Positions 19,532 through 28,615 of a DNA stretch of 64,000 nt are shown piece by piece. A program made the position numbers and the translations under genes. Each line of letters opens with the position of its first letter. The stretch's first letter is position 1. Source of the stretch: an uncultured virus (IMG/VR IMGVR_UViG_3300037440_000397) (lineage: Duplodnaviria > Heunggongvirae > Uroviricota > Caudoviricetes); the IMG/VR virus record IMGVR_UViG_3300037440_000397, positions 1 through 64,000 of that record, one strand, 5' to 3'. Under the pieces are notes generated by a model. That model was given only the letters and a program-made list of their open reading frames with translations, was not told the DNA's origin and did no database searches.

Positions 19532-19900
19532 ATGCAGACCCTCACCGAACTCGTAGCCGACCGCCTCGGCCCGGGACGCCCACTCACCTACGACAAGTTC
19601 GAAGAACAGGCCATCGACGAACGCACCGGATACCGGCCCAGCAGGGGAGTCCTGTGGAAAGTCGCCCACGGTAAAAAGGTCCACATCGATCCGCCGCTCA
19701 TCCGGGCCATCGCCGCCGGCCTCCGCATCCCCGAAGCGCAGGTGCAGGCGGCTGCGGCTTACCAGTTCCTCGGCCTGGTCGTCACCCAGACCGCCGAGGG
19801 GATCGCTCTCACCATGCCCGGCACCAGAGATCCGGACGCGGACGCAGTGCTACGGCAGGCCGAGCGCGCGCGGAACGAGGGGGAGGACGACTCGAACTGA
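19532..19900 (+). CDS. Putative immunity repressor (XRE-like)
   Basis: Divergent from cro, upstream of int; LIRAIAAGLRIPEAQVQAAA; start could be further upstream. Confidence 0.7.
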   Translation: MQTLTELVADRLGPGRPLTYDKFEEQAIDERTGYRPSRGVLWKVAHGKKVHIDPPLIRAIAAGLRIPEAQVQAAAAYQFLGLVVTQTAEGIALTMPGTRDPDADAVLRQAERARNEGEDDSN

Positions 19901-20063
19901 CTGCCTGTTTACATACAACCGACATGTGTTGAAAGGGCATGCATTTATGCATTGCGGGTTCTGTGGCGGTCGGGATGCGGCGTACAGTTCCTGGCTCGAC
20001 AACGGACGTGCGTGCGGCTTTTCGGACGTTGTGCGGCCAGCACGCACGAGACAGGGGGATCCT

Positions 20064-20306
20064 GTGGTCGCGCTGACGCTCAATCTTGAGGCGCGCGAGC
20101 ATGCGCCCGGCACGGCTGTCGCGCTTCACCCTGGCGGCCGCGGCGTGTACGCGTCGTACGACCCGGCGCAGATCAGTGAGGCGGATGCGGTTCGGGCGAT
20201 CGGGCTGGTTGCCAAGGGCTGCCCGGATGCGCTGGAGGTGTGTGCGGCGGGTGGCCGAGAAAGAAGTTCAGTCGAGGGTATTGCAAAGCATGGCGGCTCT
20301 TTGTGA
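20064..20306 (+). CDS. Hypothetical protein in the immunity cassette
   Basis: AGGGGG RBS before GTG. Confidence 0.5.
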   Translation: MVALTLNLEAREHAPGTAVALHPGGRGVYASYDPAQISEADAVRAIGLVAKGCPDALEVCAAGGRERSSVEGIAKHGGSL

Positions 20307-20348
20307 CCCCCAACGATAGGCTTAAGCATGGCGTTAATCGCTGTGTAG

Positions 20349-20368
20349 TGCGCGACTACCTCGACTGA
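20349..20368 (+). other. Putative attP core matching the 3' end of hrdB/sigA
   Basis: TG CGC GAC TAC CTC GAC TGA = RDYLD-stop, intergenic, upstream of int and followed by a hairpin. Confidence 0.75.
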
Positions 20369-20380
20369 GTGACGTCACGG

Positions 20381-20421
20381 AAAGCGCCCCTGACCTTTAC
20401 AAACACGGTCGGGGGCACTTT
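20381..20421 (+). terminator. Hairpin after the attP core
   Basis: AAAGCGCCCCTGACC / GGTCGGGGGCACTTT stem. Confidence 0.7.
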
Positions 20422-20489
20422 GCTGTCCGAAGCATGGCGCTCCCAGTGGAAATACCACTCGGACGAAAGACCATGCGCAGGGGGCAACC

Positions 20490-21383
20490 ATGACCACCGA
20501 CGACATGCGCAGACTCCTCGACTCCTGGACCCTCCACCTACGCGCCGAACGCAAAAGCCCACAAACCGTGAAGACGTACACCGACGGCATCAAACGCTTC
20601 ATCGCATGGTGCGAGCGCACCGACCGCCAGCCTGACCTCACACGAGCCGTAGTGAACGCCTTCGTCGCAGACATCCTCGACGACGGCGCAGAGGCTGCCA
20701 CAGCCCGCTCCCGACAGTTGTCCCTCCGCCGGTTCTCCGCATGGCTGGCCGAGGAGGGAGAGCTCGACAGCGACCCGCTGGTGGGCCTGAAGCCGCCCAA
20801 GCTCGATAGCAAAATTATCCCTGAACTATCCGACGACCAGCTCCGCGCGTTGATCAAGGCGTGCGCCGGCAAGGACTTCTGGGAACGCCGCGACGAGGCA
20901 ATCATCCGGCTGATGATCGAGACCGGGGCGAGGATCGGTGAAGTCGTCGCCATGGAAGTGGACGACATCGACCTGCCCGCCGGCACTGTGATCGTGCGCC
21001 GCGGCAAGGGAGGCAAGGGCCGCAGGGTGCCTATCGGGCCGCAGACGTCTCGCGCGGTTGACCGGTATCTGCGGTTGCGGCGGGCTCACAGGCTTTCCGG
21101 GACGCCGGATCTGTGGCTCGGTGACCGGGGTAAGACGATCGGATATTCGGGTCTCTACGACAGTCTGGTGCGGCGTGCGAGGATCGCGGGTGTTGGGGAC
21201 TTCCATCCGCATGTGTTGCGGCATACGGCGGCTGGGAGGTGGCTTCAGCGGGGTGGGTCGGAGGGGGGGTTGATGGCGGTGGCTGGGTGGTCGCGGCGGG
21301 ACATGATTGATCGGTATACGCGGGCGACGGCGGCGAAGCGTGCTGCTGATGAGGCGCGGGGGCTGAATCTGGGTGATCTTTGA
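20490..21383 (+). CDS. int: Tyrosine integrase (297 aa, no obvious arm-binding domain)
   Basis: TGARIGE, RGKGGK, HVLRH, GW, DRY catalytic residues. Confidence 0.95.
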   Translation: MTTDDMRRLLDSWTLHLRAERKSPQTVKTYTDGIKRFIAWCERTDRQPDLTRAVVNAFVADILDDGAEAATARSRQLSLRRFSAWLAEEGELDSDPLVGLKPPKLDSKIIPELSDDQLRALIKACAGKDFWERRDEAIIRLMIETGARIGEVVAMEVDDIDLPAGTVIVRRGKGGKGRRVPIGPQTSRAVDRYLRLRRAHRLSGTPDLWLGDRGKTIGYSGLYDSLVRRARIAGVGDFHPHVLRHTAAGRWLQRGGSEGGLMAVAGWSRRDMIDRYTRATAAKRAADEARGLNLGDL

Positions 21384-21401
21384 TCGCCGTAGGCTGTCTG
21401 T

Positions 21402-21590
21402 ATGCCCTTGAACTTTCCCGCCTCTGGTTCCGTGCGGTCTGCTGCCGTGGTGAACGAGGAGATCCGTGCCCTGTGGGGAGACCGGGGAGATCCGCGCGTG
21501 CAGCTCGTCGGCGAGGCACGGGACCGGTACGAGCGGCTGTATGCGGAGTGGGCGGCAGCGGTACGGGCCGAGGTGGTGGAGGCGGCGTAG
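21402..21590 (+). CDS. Small Streptomyces MGE protein (VRSAAVVNEEIRALW)
   Basis: Recognisable motif. Confidence 0.65.
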   Translation: MPLNFPASGSVRSAAVVNEEIRALWGDRGDPRVQLVGEARDRYERLYAEWAAAVRAEVVEAA

Positions 21591-21613
21591 CTTTTCGTGC
21601 TGTCACGAAAAAG
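21591..21613. terminator. Bidirectional hairpin
   Basis: CTTTTCGTG-CTGT-CACGAAAAAG between convergent genes. Confidence 0.55.
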
Positions 21614-21692
21614 CCTGGTCAGCCAGGTTCCCCGCATGGGGAAGCTGAGGTCAGCGCATCACTTCGCCGTCTGGCGAAGTGATGTCCCGCCG

Positions 21693-21950
21693 TCACGACG
21701 AGTCGTCGCCCGCGGACAGGTGTTCCTCGAAGCGTTGCTTCAGTTCGCAGAGTTCCCGCGACGTCTCATCCATCTTCCGTTCGGTGCGTGTCACGGTGTC
21801 TTTGATCGAGTGGCCGCCGTTCGGCGACAACTCCTGCACTGCGGTCACGATCGTCACGATCCGCCGGTTGATGCGCCACACGCCGCGGGCGAGTGCGCCG
21901 ATGGCGATGAGTGCGGCTGCTCCGGCGCCGAGGTAGATGAGTAGGTCCAT
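21693..21950 (-). CDS. Membrane protein of lysis-cassette type (PNGGHS)
   Basis: N-terminal TM, ELSPNGGHSIKD, coiled coil. Confidence 0.7.
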   Translation of the reverse strand: MDLLIYLGAGAAALIAIGALARGVWRINRRIVTIVTAVQELSPNGGHSIKDTVTRTERKMDETSRELCELKQRFEEHLSAGDDSS

Positions 21951-22103
21951 GGGCCCCTCCGTGGTGCGGGCCCTCATGGTGGTGGGCCGTTCGAACGTGA
22001 GTGTGGCATTCGAACGCTCGGGCATATTCCGGCAACATGGGCCACTTGCATCCCGGCTGCATAATGGTATTCAGCCCTCCGGCGAAGTGAATGCGAGGCC
22101 AGC

Positions 22104-22349
22104 ATGCAGCAAACCGCACGACGGCCCGGACGCCCCCGCGACCCCGACGTCATCGCCCGCGACGAGACCATCTACCAACTCATCGCCGACGGACACGCCA
22201 CCCGCCGAGACCTCGCCACACAGGCCGGACTGGACCGCGACGCCGTCTACCTCTCCTGCTCCCGGCTCCGTAAGCAGGGCCGTATCCGGCAGTGCCTCCA
22301 GCACGGCGTCATCGTCTGGTCCGTCGCCGACGACACCCCGTGCCCCTGA
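22104..22349 (+). CDS. Winged-HTH protein
   Basis: TRRDLATQAGLDRDAVYLSCSRLRKQGRI. Confidence 0.7.
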   Translation: MQQTARRPGRPRDPDVIARDETIYQLIADGHATRRDLATQAGLDRDAVYLSCSRLRKQGRIRQCLQHGVIVWSVADDTPCP

Positions 22350-22360
22350 GAGGAGACGCC

Positions 22361-22600
22361 ATGGTCGCCATCGGCCAGACCATCAACATCCTCAGCGTCA
22401 CTGTGTTCCTTGCCGCCGCACTACTCGCCGCGCTCGGCAAACTGTCCGCCCGACTGTTCTTCACTACAGGCGTCGCCACCAACATCGTCGGGCTCATCGG
22501 AACCTCGATCAGCGGGAGCGTCTGGGGCGCCACGCTGCACGTGATCGCTATCGGCTGTTTCATCGCTGCCTTGGCCGTACACCGTTTGAGGTCGTCATGA
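22361..22600 (+). CDS. Small multi-TM protein
   Basis: Three hydrophobic segments; AGGAG RBS. Confidence 0.65.
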   Translation: MVAIGQTINILSVTVFLAAALLAALGKLSARLFFTTGVATNIVGLIGTSISGSVWGATLHVIAIGCFIAALAVHRLRSS

Positions 22601-22992
22601 GCATCGTCGAGTTCTTCTCCGCCGATGACGTCGCCTGGCAGGCCGACGCCCCCTGCGCCACCGTCGGCTTCGACTTCGTCCCCGACGTCGAAACGGACAC
22701 CGGTCTCACCGCCGCACAGGAGTGGTGCCAGACGTGCGATGTACGCACCCGCTGCCTGGCGTGGGCGATGCTCAACCGGGCCGAAGGGTATTGGGGTGGG
22801 ACGACCACCTACCAGCGTGACCAACTCCGCCGCGTACGGACGCGCGCGAAGTGCCCGCTGTGTCTCTGCACGGCACCGGCGCTGGTGTATCAGGGCCCGC
22901 ACGAACTGTGTCTCGCGTGCGGGATCTCGTGGGTGCGTGACGTGCGTGAGGAACCAATCGCCGCTACACCACTACCCGCAAGCGCGGCCTGA
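22597..22992 (+). CDS. whiB: Second WhiB-family protein with C-terminal zinc ribbon
   Basis: W...APC...CQTCDVRTRC...GYWGGTT, then CPLC...CLAC. Confidence 0.8.
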   Translation: MSIVEFFSADDVAWQADAPCATVGFDFVPDVETDTGLTAAQEWCQTCDVRTRCLAWAMLNRAEGYWGGTTTYQRDQLRRVRTRAKCPLCLCTAPALVYQGPHELCLACGISWVRDVREEPIAATPLPASAA

Positions 22993-23004
22993 GAAGGGAG
23001 CCAC

Positions 23005-24024
23005 ATGTCCGAGCGTGCAGGCCGGAAGACCACCCCCGGACGCACCCGTGTCCTTGAGACCAAGGGCCGGATGCAGCACGGCGACCCTAATCCCGGAAAC
23101 CGCATAACGCCGCCTAATCGTGACGCGACTAGGGAGGCGATCCTTGCTGGAACCTGTCCCATCTGCGGCAAGACGGGTTTCAAAAGGCTCGCTGGCCACA
23201 CGTACCACGCACACGGCATCGACCGCATGGAGCTACGGTCGATGGGCGGGTTCGTCCTCAAGGACAGCATCTGCGCGCCCGACGTCAGTGAAGCCTGTCG
23301 CCAACGGACGAGAGAGCGCGTGGAGGCGGGCGAACTCCGGCGCGGCAACCCTGGCGGCTCGGGCCCCTATGAGCTGACTGGGGAAGGGAAGAGGCGTCTG
23401 GCCGAACGGAATCGCCAGCGAGGCGAGCAGATCAGGGCAGAGTACGAATCCGCCCCAGACCGCTGCCGCATGTGTGAAGCGCCCATCCCATTCGACCAGC
23501 GCAGCAACGCCACTTGCGGCGAGACCTGCCGCCGTGGACTGTTGGCGGTATCGGCCCGACTCCAGGCCCGTCGCGAGGGCAAGCCGGGAAGCGACCGCCC
23601 CCCAAAGGAGTGCGTGGCGTGCGGCGCGCGATTCCGGCCGACCGGGGACTATCGGACGAGCACATGCAGCATCGAGTGCCGGACAGCTTTCCTCCGCAAG
23701 CGGGGCGCCGAGCGCCGTAAAGGGCCCGGCGAGTGCAAGGTTTGCGGCGCCCCCGTTGAGAGACGACCGGGACGCCTCCCGGCAAAGACATGCGGCCCTG
23801 GGTGCTTGAAGGCTCTGTTCGAGGCACGGGACGCCTTGCGCCGAAAGGATCGCGGAACATGCAAGATCTGCGGGACCCGGATTCCGGCGTCGATGGCTCC
23901 GACTGCTAAGACCTGCGGCAGCGACACGTGTGCGCTCGCCAGCCGAGTCGAAGCCGGTAGGCGCGGCGGGACTGCACGGCGGACGCCTGAGGAACACACC
24001 AACGGCACGACGGACAAGGCCTGA
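23005..24024 (+). CDS. Multi zinc-finger protein
   Basis: N-terminal CPIC...H...H and four CxxC...TC-x3/4-C repeats. Confidence 0.7.
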   Translation: MSERAGRKTTPGRTRVLETKGRMQHGDPNPGNRITPPNRDATREAILAGTCPICGKTGFKRLAGHTYHAHGIDRMELRSMGGFVLKDSICAPDVSEACRQRTRERVEAGELRRGNPGGSGPYELTGEGKRRLAERNRQRGEQIRAEYESAPDRCRMCEAPIPFDQRSNATCGETCRRGLLAVSARLQARREGKPGSDRPPKECVACGARFRPTGDYRTSTCSIECRTAFLRKRGAERRKGPGECKVCGAPVERRPGRLPAKTCGPGCLKALFEARDALRRKDRGTCKICGTRIPASMAPTAKTCGSDTCALASRVEAGRRGGTARRTPEEHTNGTTDKA

Positions 24025-24136
24025 CACATGGGTTACCCGACCTCCAAGCAGCGAGAACGCATGAAGGACATCAAGCCCGGCACCCCGCCGTCGGGTCCGG
24101 CGGGAGCGTCCAGCGCCAACCCGAAACCCGCACCGG

Positions 24137-25222
24137 CTACGCCGGGACCGCCGTGCGCGGCGTAGCCCGCTGCACCTCGTACGCCCTGGACCAAGCCTCG
24201 GCCCACCGCCAGGCGTTGTCGCGCAACCGGAGCTGCTCGGCGACCGCGCGCCCCGCGTCGCTCAACTCCGCCCGCAACGCCGCCGACTCCCGCAGCCGCT
24301 TCAACTCCCGATACCAGACTCGCGGCCGGTCCGCGAGGATCCCGGCGCCCATCTTGTGCAGCCGCGCATACTCCGCCCGCGGCGACGCCACCCACGGCAC
24401 ACCAGCCGCGCTCATCTCCAACGGCTTCAGCCACGACTTCGCGGCGTTGAACTTCGTGTCCGCCAGCGGCGCGATCCCGATCCCCAACTCGGCGACGGCG
24501 CGCGGCCACTCCTCGATCGGCACCGCGCCGCCCGGCGGATCCGCAGCGAGACCGAGCGCCTTCCCCGCGCCCGTCGGATCACCGCGCATCACGAACGACG
24601 CGCCCTCATCCACCAGCCGCGCGACCGCACCGCCGACCACCTCCGGGTCGTTCGGGTGGGAGTGGAACGAACCGGGCCAGCCGATGGTGTCCGAGTCCGT
24701 ACGCGGCAGCCCGTAGTACATGTCCGGCAGATAGTTCGGCAGCACATGCCCCCGCCCATGCCGCGCATACACGTCGAGGAGCGCAGGCGTCGACACCGTC
24801 ACCAACGTCGCATCCCGACACGCCGCCGCGAGATTCCGCCACGAATGCCGATGCACCTCCCGCCCCCCGGCCATCCGCTTCCCCTCGTTCCCGGGATGGT
24901 GCATCGCCCACGCCGGATTGCTCGGGTGGATCGACGACAGATCGTCGTCGACATCGACGACCACCGCGACGCCCTTCGACCGCATCACCCCCACGGCCTG
25001 CGCCATGTAGGCGTGCGTCACCCGCTGCATCACGACCACATCCACACCCGGCTCGACGAGGACGTCCTTCACAAGGTCGCCCTCCATGACCAGGCGCACC
25101 GTGCGCCGCTCCTGCGCGACCACGGTCACGTCATGCCCGGCCGCCGCGCACGCCTCGCCGGGCCAAATCATCCTAAATGAGCCACAGCCCCAACGATCCG
25201 CAGGAAATACGACGACCTTCAC
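24137..25222 (-). CDS. GT-B (family 4-like) glycosyltransferase
   Basis: DVDDD, IGWPGS, IGIAPL...FN..KS.LK.LE..A.GVP.VASP. Confidence 0.85.
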   Translation of the reverse strand: MKVVVFPADRWGCGSFRMIWPGEACAAAGHDVTVVAQERRTVRLVMEGDLVKDVLVEPGVDVVVMQRVTHAYMAQAVGVMRSKGVAVVVDVDDDLSSIHPSNPAWAMHHPGNEGKRMAGGREVHRHSWRNLAAACRDATLVTVSTPALLDVYARHGRGHVLPNYLPDMYYGLPRTDSDTIGWPGSFHSHPNDPEVVGGAVARLVDEGASFVMRGDPTGAGKALGLAADPPGGAVPIEEWPRAVAELGIGIAPLADTKFNAAKSWLKPLEMSAAGVPWVASPRAEYARLHKMGAGILADRPRVWYRELKRLRESAALRAELSDAGRAVAEQLRLRDNAWRWAEAWSRAYEVQRATPRTAVPA

Positions 25223-25509
25223 TCTTCGGTGGTCTTCCGGCGTCCACGGGTCCGCGGCGCCTCCGCCGTCGCCCCCACCAGGGTGTCGGCGTTGACCGGT
25301 CCCGCCGCTGCCTCCAGTGCGTCGATCCGCTTGCCAAGCCGGTCGATCGCGGTCGCAGCGTGGTGAAGGTGCTCATGCAGGTCGGTGATCTGCTGCTGCA
25401 GCCCGGCCGTGTCGGGCGCCGCATGGTTGGGCTGTCCGACGCCGAGGAGCGCCTGCGTGGCCTCCTCGCGGGCGAGCTTGCGGATACGTCCGTCCAAGGG
25501 GCTGCTCAT
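25219..25509 (-). CDS. Hypothetical coiled-coil protein
   Basis: Coupled to the holin gene. Confidence 0.6.
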   Translation of the reverse strand: MSSPLDGRIRKLAREEATQALLGVGQPNHAAPDTAGLQQQITDLHEHLHHAATAIDRLGKRIDALEAAAGPVNADTLVGATAEAPRTRGRRKTTEE

Positions 25510-25703
25510 GCGGTGGCGTCCTCTCCGATAGGGGTGGGCCGATTCGGCACCGCCCAGGTGAAGCCGAGCGCGACGAGCACGGCGATGCCCGCAGCCCATC
25601 CCTCGGCGGCGGTCACGGTGTCGTCGATGACTGCGACGGACAGAGAGCCGACCCCCGCGGCGAGCGCAGAGACAACGGCCTTCCAGTACTTCGAAATCCT
25701 CAT
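25506..25703 (-). CDS. Holin
   Basis: Two TM helices, YWKA...TWAVPN, follows endolysin. Confidence 0.8.
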   Translation of the reverse strand: MRISKYWKAVVSALAAGVGSLSVAVIDDTVTAAEGWAAGIAVLVALGFTWAVPNRPTPIGEDATA

Positions 25704-25718
25704 GGGGGATTCCTCTTC

Positions 25719-26606
25719 CTATTCAGCAAGTCGGGCGGCAAGCAGGTCTGCCACCCGCGAGGCGATGGCGTCCGCGAGCCCCGGGGCCACCGCAGCGCCG
25801 AGCGCGGCGAGCTGCGTGTCCGTCAGCTCGACTGGCTTCTGTGCCTCTACCGCGGCCTTGGTGGCGCGCACCAGGTTGTTGGTGTCGGTCTCGATCGAAG
25901 CGAGCATCCAGGTCGGGTTGGTTTCCCGCGTCGAGCTGGTCAGCGGCGCGGGCATCCGGTCGTTCCTGAGGACCGCGTCGTACACCGCGTCCTTGCCCGC
26001 CTTGGACTTGAGGGCGGTGAGTACGGCGTTCTGGATCTGGTCGGGGGTCACGTCAGCTTCCTGGGGTGGGGTGGGTTTGCCGGTGGCGCGGGCGACGATG
26101 CCCGGGAACACGACCTCGTTGAACTGGCGTACACGCGCGTCCCCAGGGCATGCGGTGCCTGAGGTCGACCACTGCGGGAACAGGTGGTGGTAGCCGTATC
26201 CGGGGTCGGCCCAGCTTCGGCAGACCCGCAACGGCACACCGTGCCGTTCGTGCATCCACACGCCGAGCCGGATGAGTTCCTCGACCTGCTGGGAGGTCCA
26301 CGGATCGGACGCCTTCGTGTTCGACGCCGTCTCGACAGACACGGCGCCGGTGCCGTCCGGCCGGCGGTTCGCGGCCGCGTTGGCGTCGGCGCGTGTCTCG
26401 GTGCCGATGTACTGCGCGATGTCCCCGTCATAACCAATGCCGAAATGCGACTCAAGCGCCGAGCTGTCCCGCCAGAACTCATAGGTACGCCGTGGCGTCC
26501 ACGGGGCGACGATGCTGTGGAAGATGAGCTGCGTCGGCCGGATCGCAGGCTGCTGATCGCTCTCCGGCTGGAGTTCCATCTTGGTGGCGCCCGGGTACCA
26601 GGCCAT
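25719..26606 (-). CDS. Endolysin, N-acetylmuramoyl-L-alanine amidase
   Basis: HS...SHF...SVE...YH...TACPG zinc-amidase motifs. Confidence 0.88.
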   Translation of the reverse strand: MAWYPGATKMELQPESDQQPAIRPTQLIFHSIVAPWTPRRTYEFWRDSSALESHFGIGYDGDIAQYIGTETRADANAAANRRPDGTGAVSVETASNTKASDPWTSQQVEELIRLGVWMHERHGVPLRVCRSWADPGYGYHHLFPQWSTSGTACPGDARVRQFNEVVFPGIVARATGKPTPPQEADVTPDQIQNAVLTALKSKAGKDAVYDAVLRNDRMPAPLTSSTRETNPTWMLASIETDTNNLVRATKAAVEAQKPVELTDTQLAALGAAVAPGLADAIASRVADLLAARLAE

Positions 26607-26607
26607 C

Positions 26608-27102
26608 TCAAGCCCCCGTGTGGACGGCGAGTTTGAACTCGGCGAACACCATGCGGCGCGGCACGCTGTCGTTGTGGGAAACCCGCAGTGCTAGCGGCAC
26701 CCCGGGGTGGACGAAGATCTCGTGGGCTTTGTGCCAGCACTGCATCCCCGGCGACGGCGGCCGATGCTCCGTCGCAGTCGTGTTCACCGGGTCGTTCGTG
26801 AGGCCGAGCGGGTCACGCACGAACTGATCCCGCAACTCCGTATAGCCGCCCGACTCCCACTGGATTACCGCCGTCAGCGAACCCCAGCCGTCGGCGGCGG
26901 GCCAGATCAGCCCGGACCGGTCATCGGTTGGCCAGCCGGCCACGGTGTAGCCGTCGGGCTGCTCGGCCGGGTGCATGTTGTGGGCGTCGTAGGACTCTGC
27001 GGAGCCGTAGGGGAACCGCACCACGTGGTAGCCGTTTGTGGGGATTTCCTGCGGCTGATTGGTGATCAGCGAGCACACGAGGACGGGCACGGGCGTCTCC
27101 AA
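26608..27102 (-). CDS. Tail-region hypothetical protein
   Basis: Position in the late operon. Confidence 0.6.
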   Translation of the reverse strand: METPVPVLVCSLITNQPQEIPTNGYHVVRFPYGSAESYDAHNMHPAEQPDGYTVAGWPTDDRSGLIWPAADGWGSLTAVIQWESGGYTELRDQFVRDPLGLTNDPVNTTATEHRPPSPGMQCWHKAHEIFVHPGVPLALRVSHNDSVPRRMVFAEFKLAVHTGA

Positions 27103-27103
27103 T

Positions 27104-27649
27104 TCAGTAGGGCAGCACGATCAGGCGGCGGCGGCGGAAAGTCCCCGTCCCGGAGGACACCCGGTACTTCATCGTGAACGTGTTCACCCCAGGCAAAAGG
27201 TCGATGTAGAACACTGCGTGAGACGCCTGCAAGAGTGCGCCCGCGTCGACACCACTCAGCGTCAAAGCCCGGATGTCTTCGGCGGCGATACTGCTCGCGC
27301 CGGTCACCTCCACGCTGGTCCGCGTTGACCCCGTGCCGTCGTTGCTCTGCTCGCAGCCGAAAATCACCAGGGCGAGAGTGCCGGTCGTCACGGTCACGGT
27401 CGGGCCTGCGGTCGGCAGGTCATCGAACGTCGTGGACGCGGTGGTCTCCTGAGCGGCGAACGTCTGCGCGGACCCGACGCGCTCGGCGATTTGGTTGAGT
27501 GCTGTGGAGACGAAATAGCCGCCGTTAGTTGTGGCTTTCGCTGGGGCGGTCTCGTTCAAGTTGTCGCGGACGAATGTGTTGAATTGCGCAGCGGTGTATA
27601 CCGATCCGGCGACCGCTGTCATTGGCGCTGTCCAGGCGATTTTGATCAC
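27104..27649 (-). CDS. Minor tail protein, paralog B
   Basis: AWTAPMTAV...TAAQFN.FVRDNLNET; paralog of the next gene. Confidence 0.75.
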   Translation of the reverse strand: MIKIAWTAPMTAVAGSVYTAAQFNTFVRDNLNETAPAKATTNGGYFVSTALNQIAERVGSAQTFAAQETTASTTFDDLPTAGPTVTVTTGTLALVIFGCEQSNDGTGSTRTSVEVTGASSIAAEDIRALTLSGVDAGALLQASHAVFYIDLLPGVNTFTMKYRVSSGTGTFRRRRLIVLPY

Positions 27650-27653
27650 CCCC

Positions 27654-28196
27654 TCAGAAAGGCATCACGATGATGCGGCGGTCACCGAATGTCCCGGTCC
27701 CTGAGCTGACCAGGTATTTCATCGTGAACGTGTTGCTCCCGGGCGTGAGGACGAGGCCGCCCGCGTACAGCACGGAGGTGCCTGCGCCGATGCGAGTGTT
27801 CGCGGAGTTGAAAATGTTGATGGACCGGTTGAGGGCCGGGGCGATGCTGGTCGCGCCGGTGACTTCCACGCCTGCGTATGCGGATCCGGCGCCGCTGTTT
27901 TCTACCTGCGCGTGGGTGAGGACGAGCGCGTATGGTCCGGTGTCCACGGTGACCGTCGGGCCGACGGTGGCCAGGTCGGCGAATGTGGTGGACATGGTGG
28001 TCTGGGGGGTGAGGACGGTGTCACCGTCCAGTGCGCGTTCGGCGATGGAGTTCACGCCGTCCGCTACGAAGTGCGATCCGGCGGCGGTTGCCAGTGCGGG
28101 CGTGGTTTCGTTCAAGTTGTCGCGGACGAACTGATTGAACTGTGCTGCGGTGAATATGGTATTTGCGACCGCTGTCATTGGCGCCGACCAAGCCAT
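27654..28196 (-). CDS. Minor tail protein, paralog A
   Basis: MAWSAPMTAV...TAAQFNQFVRDNLNET. Confidence 0.75.
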   Translation of the reverse strand: MAWSAPMTAVANTIFTAAQFNQFVRDNLNETTPALATAAGSHFVADGVNSIAERALDGDTVLTPQTTMSTTFADLATVGPTVTVDTGPYALVLTHAQVENSGAGSAYAGVEVTGATSIAPALNRSINIFNSANTRIGAGTSVLYAGGLVLTPGSNTFTMKYLVSSGTGTFGDRRIIVMPF

Positions 28197-28573
28197 CAGG
28201 CCACCGCCCCGGTTGGGACGCCGTGCTCGGCGTTCTCTTCGCGCAGCTCATCGACGCTCTGCCCGTGCGGGATGTTGCACTTGACCGCCTCGTCGTGCCC
28301 GGCCGGATACCAGATACGGGTTTGCGGAACCGGGCGCAGCATCAGAACGGCGGTGATGTCGGCCAGGTTGGGGGGCCACTCGACCGGCGCGGTGAGCTGG
28401 CAGTTGGTGCAGTGGAACTCGCTCTTCTGCACCACCCGGGGTGAGCGGGGGTTGCGGGGGTTGGACAGCGAGTAGAGGTGCTCGGCGCCCCCGCAGTCGG
28501 GGCGTGGGCAGTCCGCTATCCAGTCCCCGCAGTAGACGCGGGCGCGTGCCGTGTGCGCGATGAGCTGGACCAT
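28196..28573 (-). CDS. Zinc-binding tail-region protein
   Basis: CPRPDC...CTNC; leaderless after a late promoter. Confidence 0.65.
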   Translation of the reverse strand: MVQLIAHTARARVYCGDWIADCPRPDCGGAEHLYSLSNPRNPRSPRVVQKSEFHCTNCQLTAPVEWPPNLADITAVLMLRPVPQTRIWYPAGHDEAVKCNIPHGQSVDELREENAEHGVPTGAVA

Positions 28574-28615
28574 GCGGGTGACGGTAGAACCCGCACACCG
28601 AAGATCATTCCGGGG

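Noticed and set aside
21989..22016. Possible LexA/SOS box (two TTCGAAC)
   Set aside because: Does not fit TCGAAC-N4-GTTCGA and overlaps a late-promoter copy
24908..24943. Gapped match of unit 6 (reverse complement) to DLSSIHPSNPA in the GT-B gene, 8/12 dinucleotides
   Set aside because: Borderline given 17 units scanned over both strands; could reflect a homolog target but not supportable without a search
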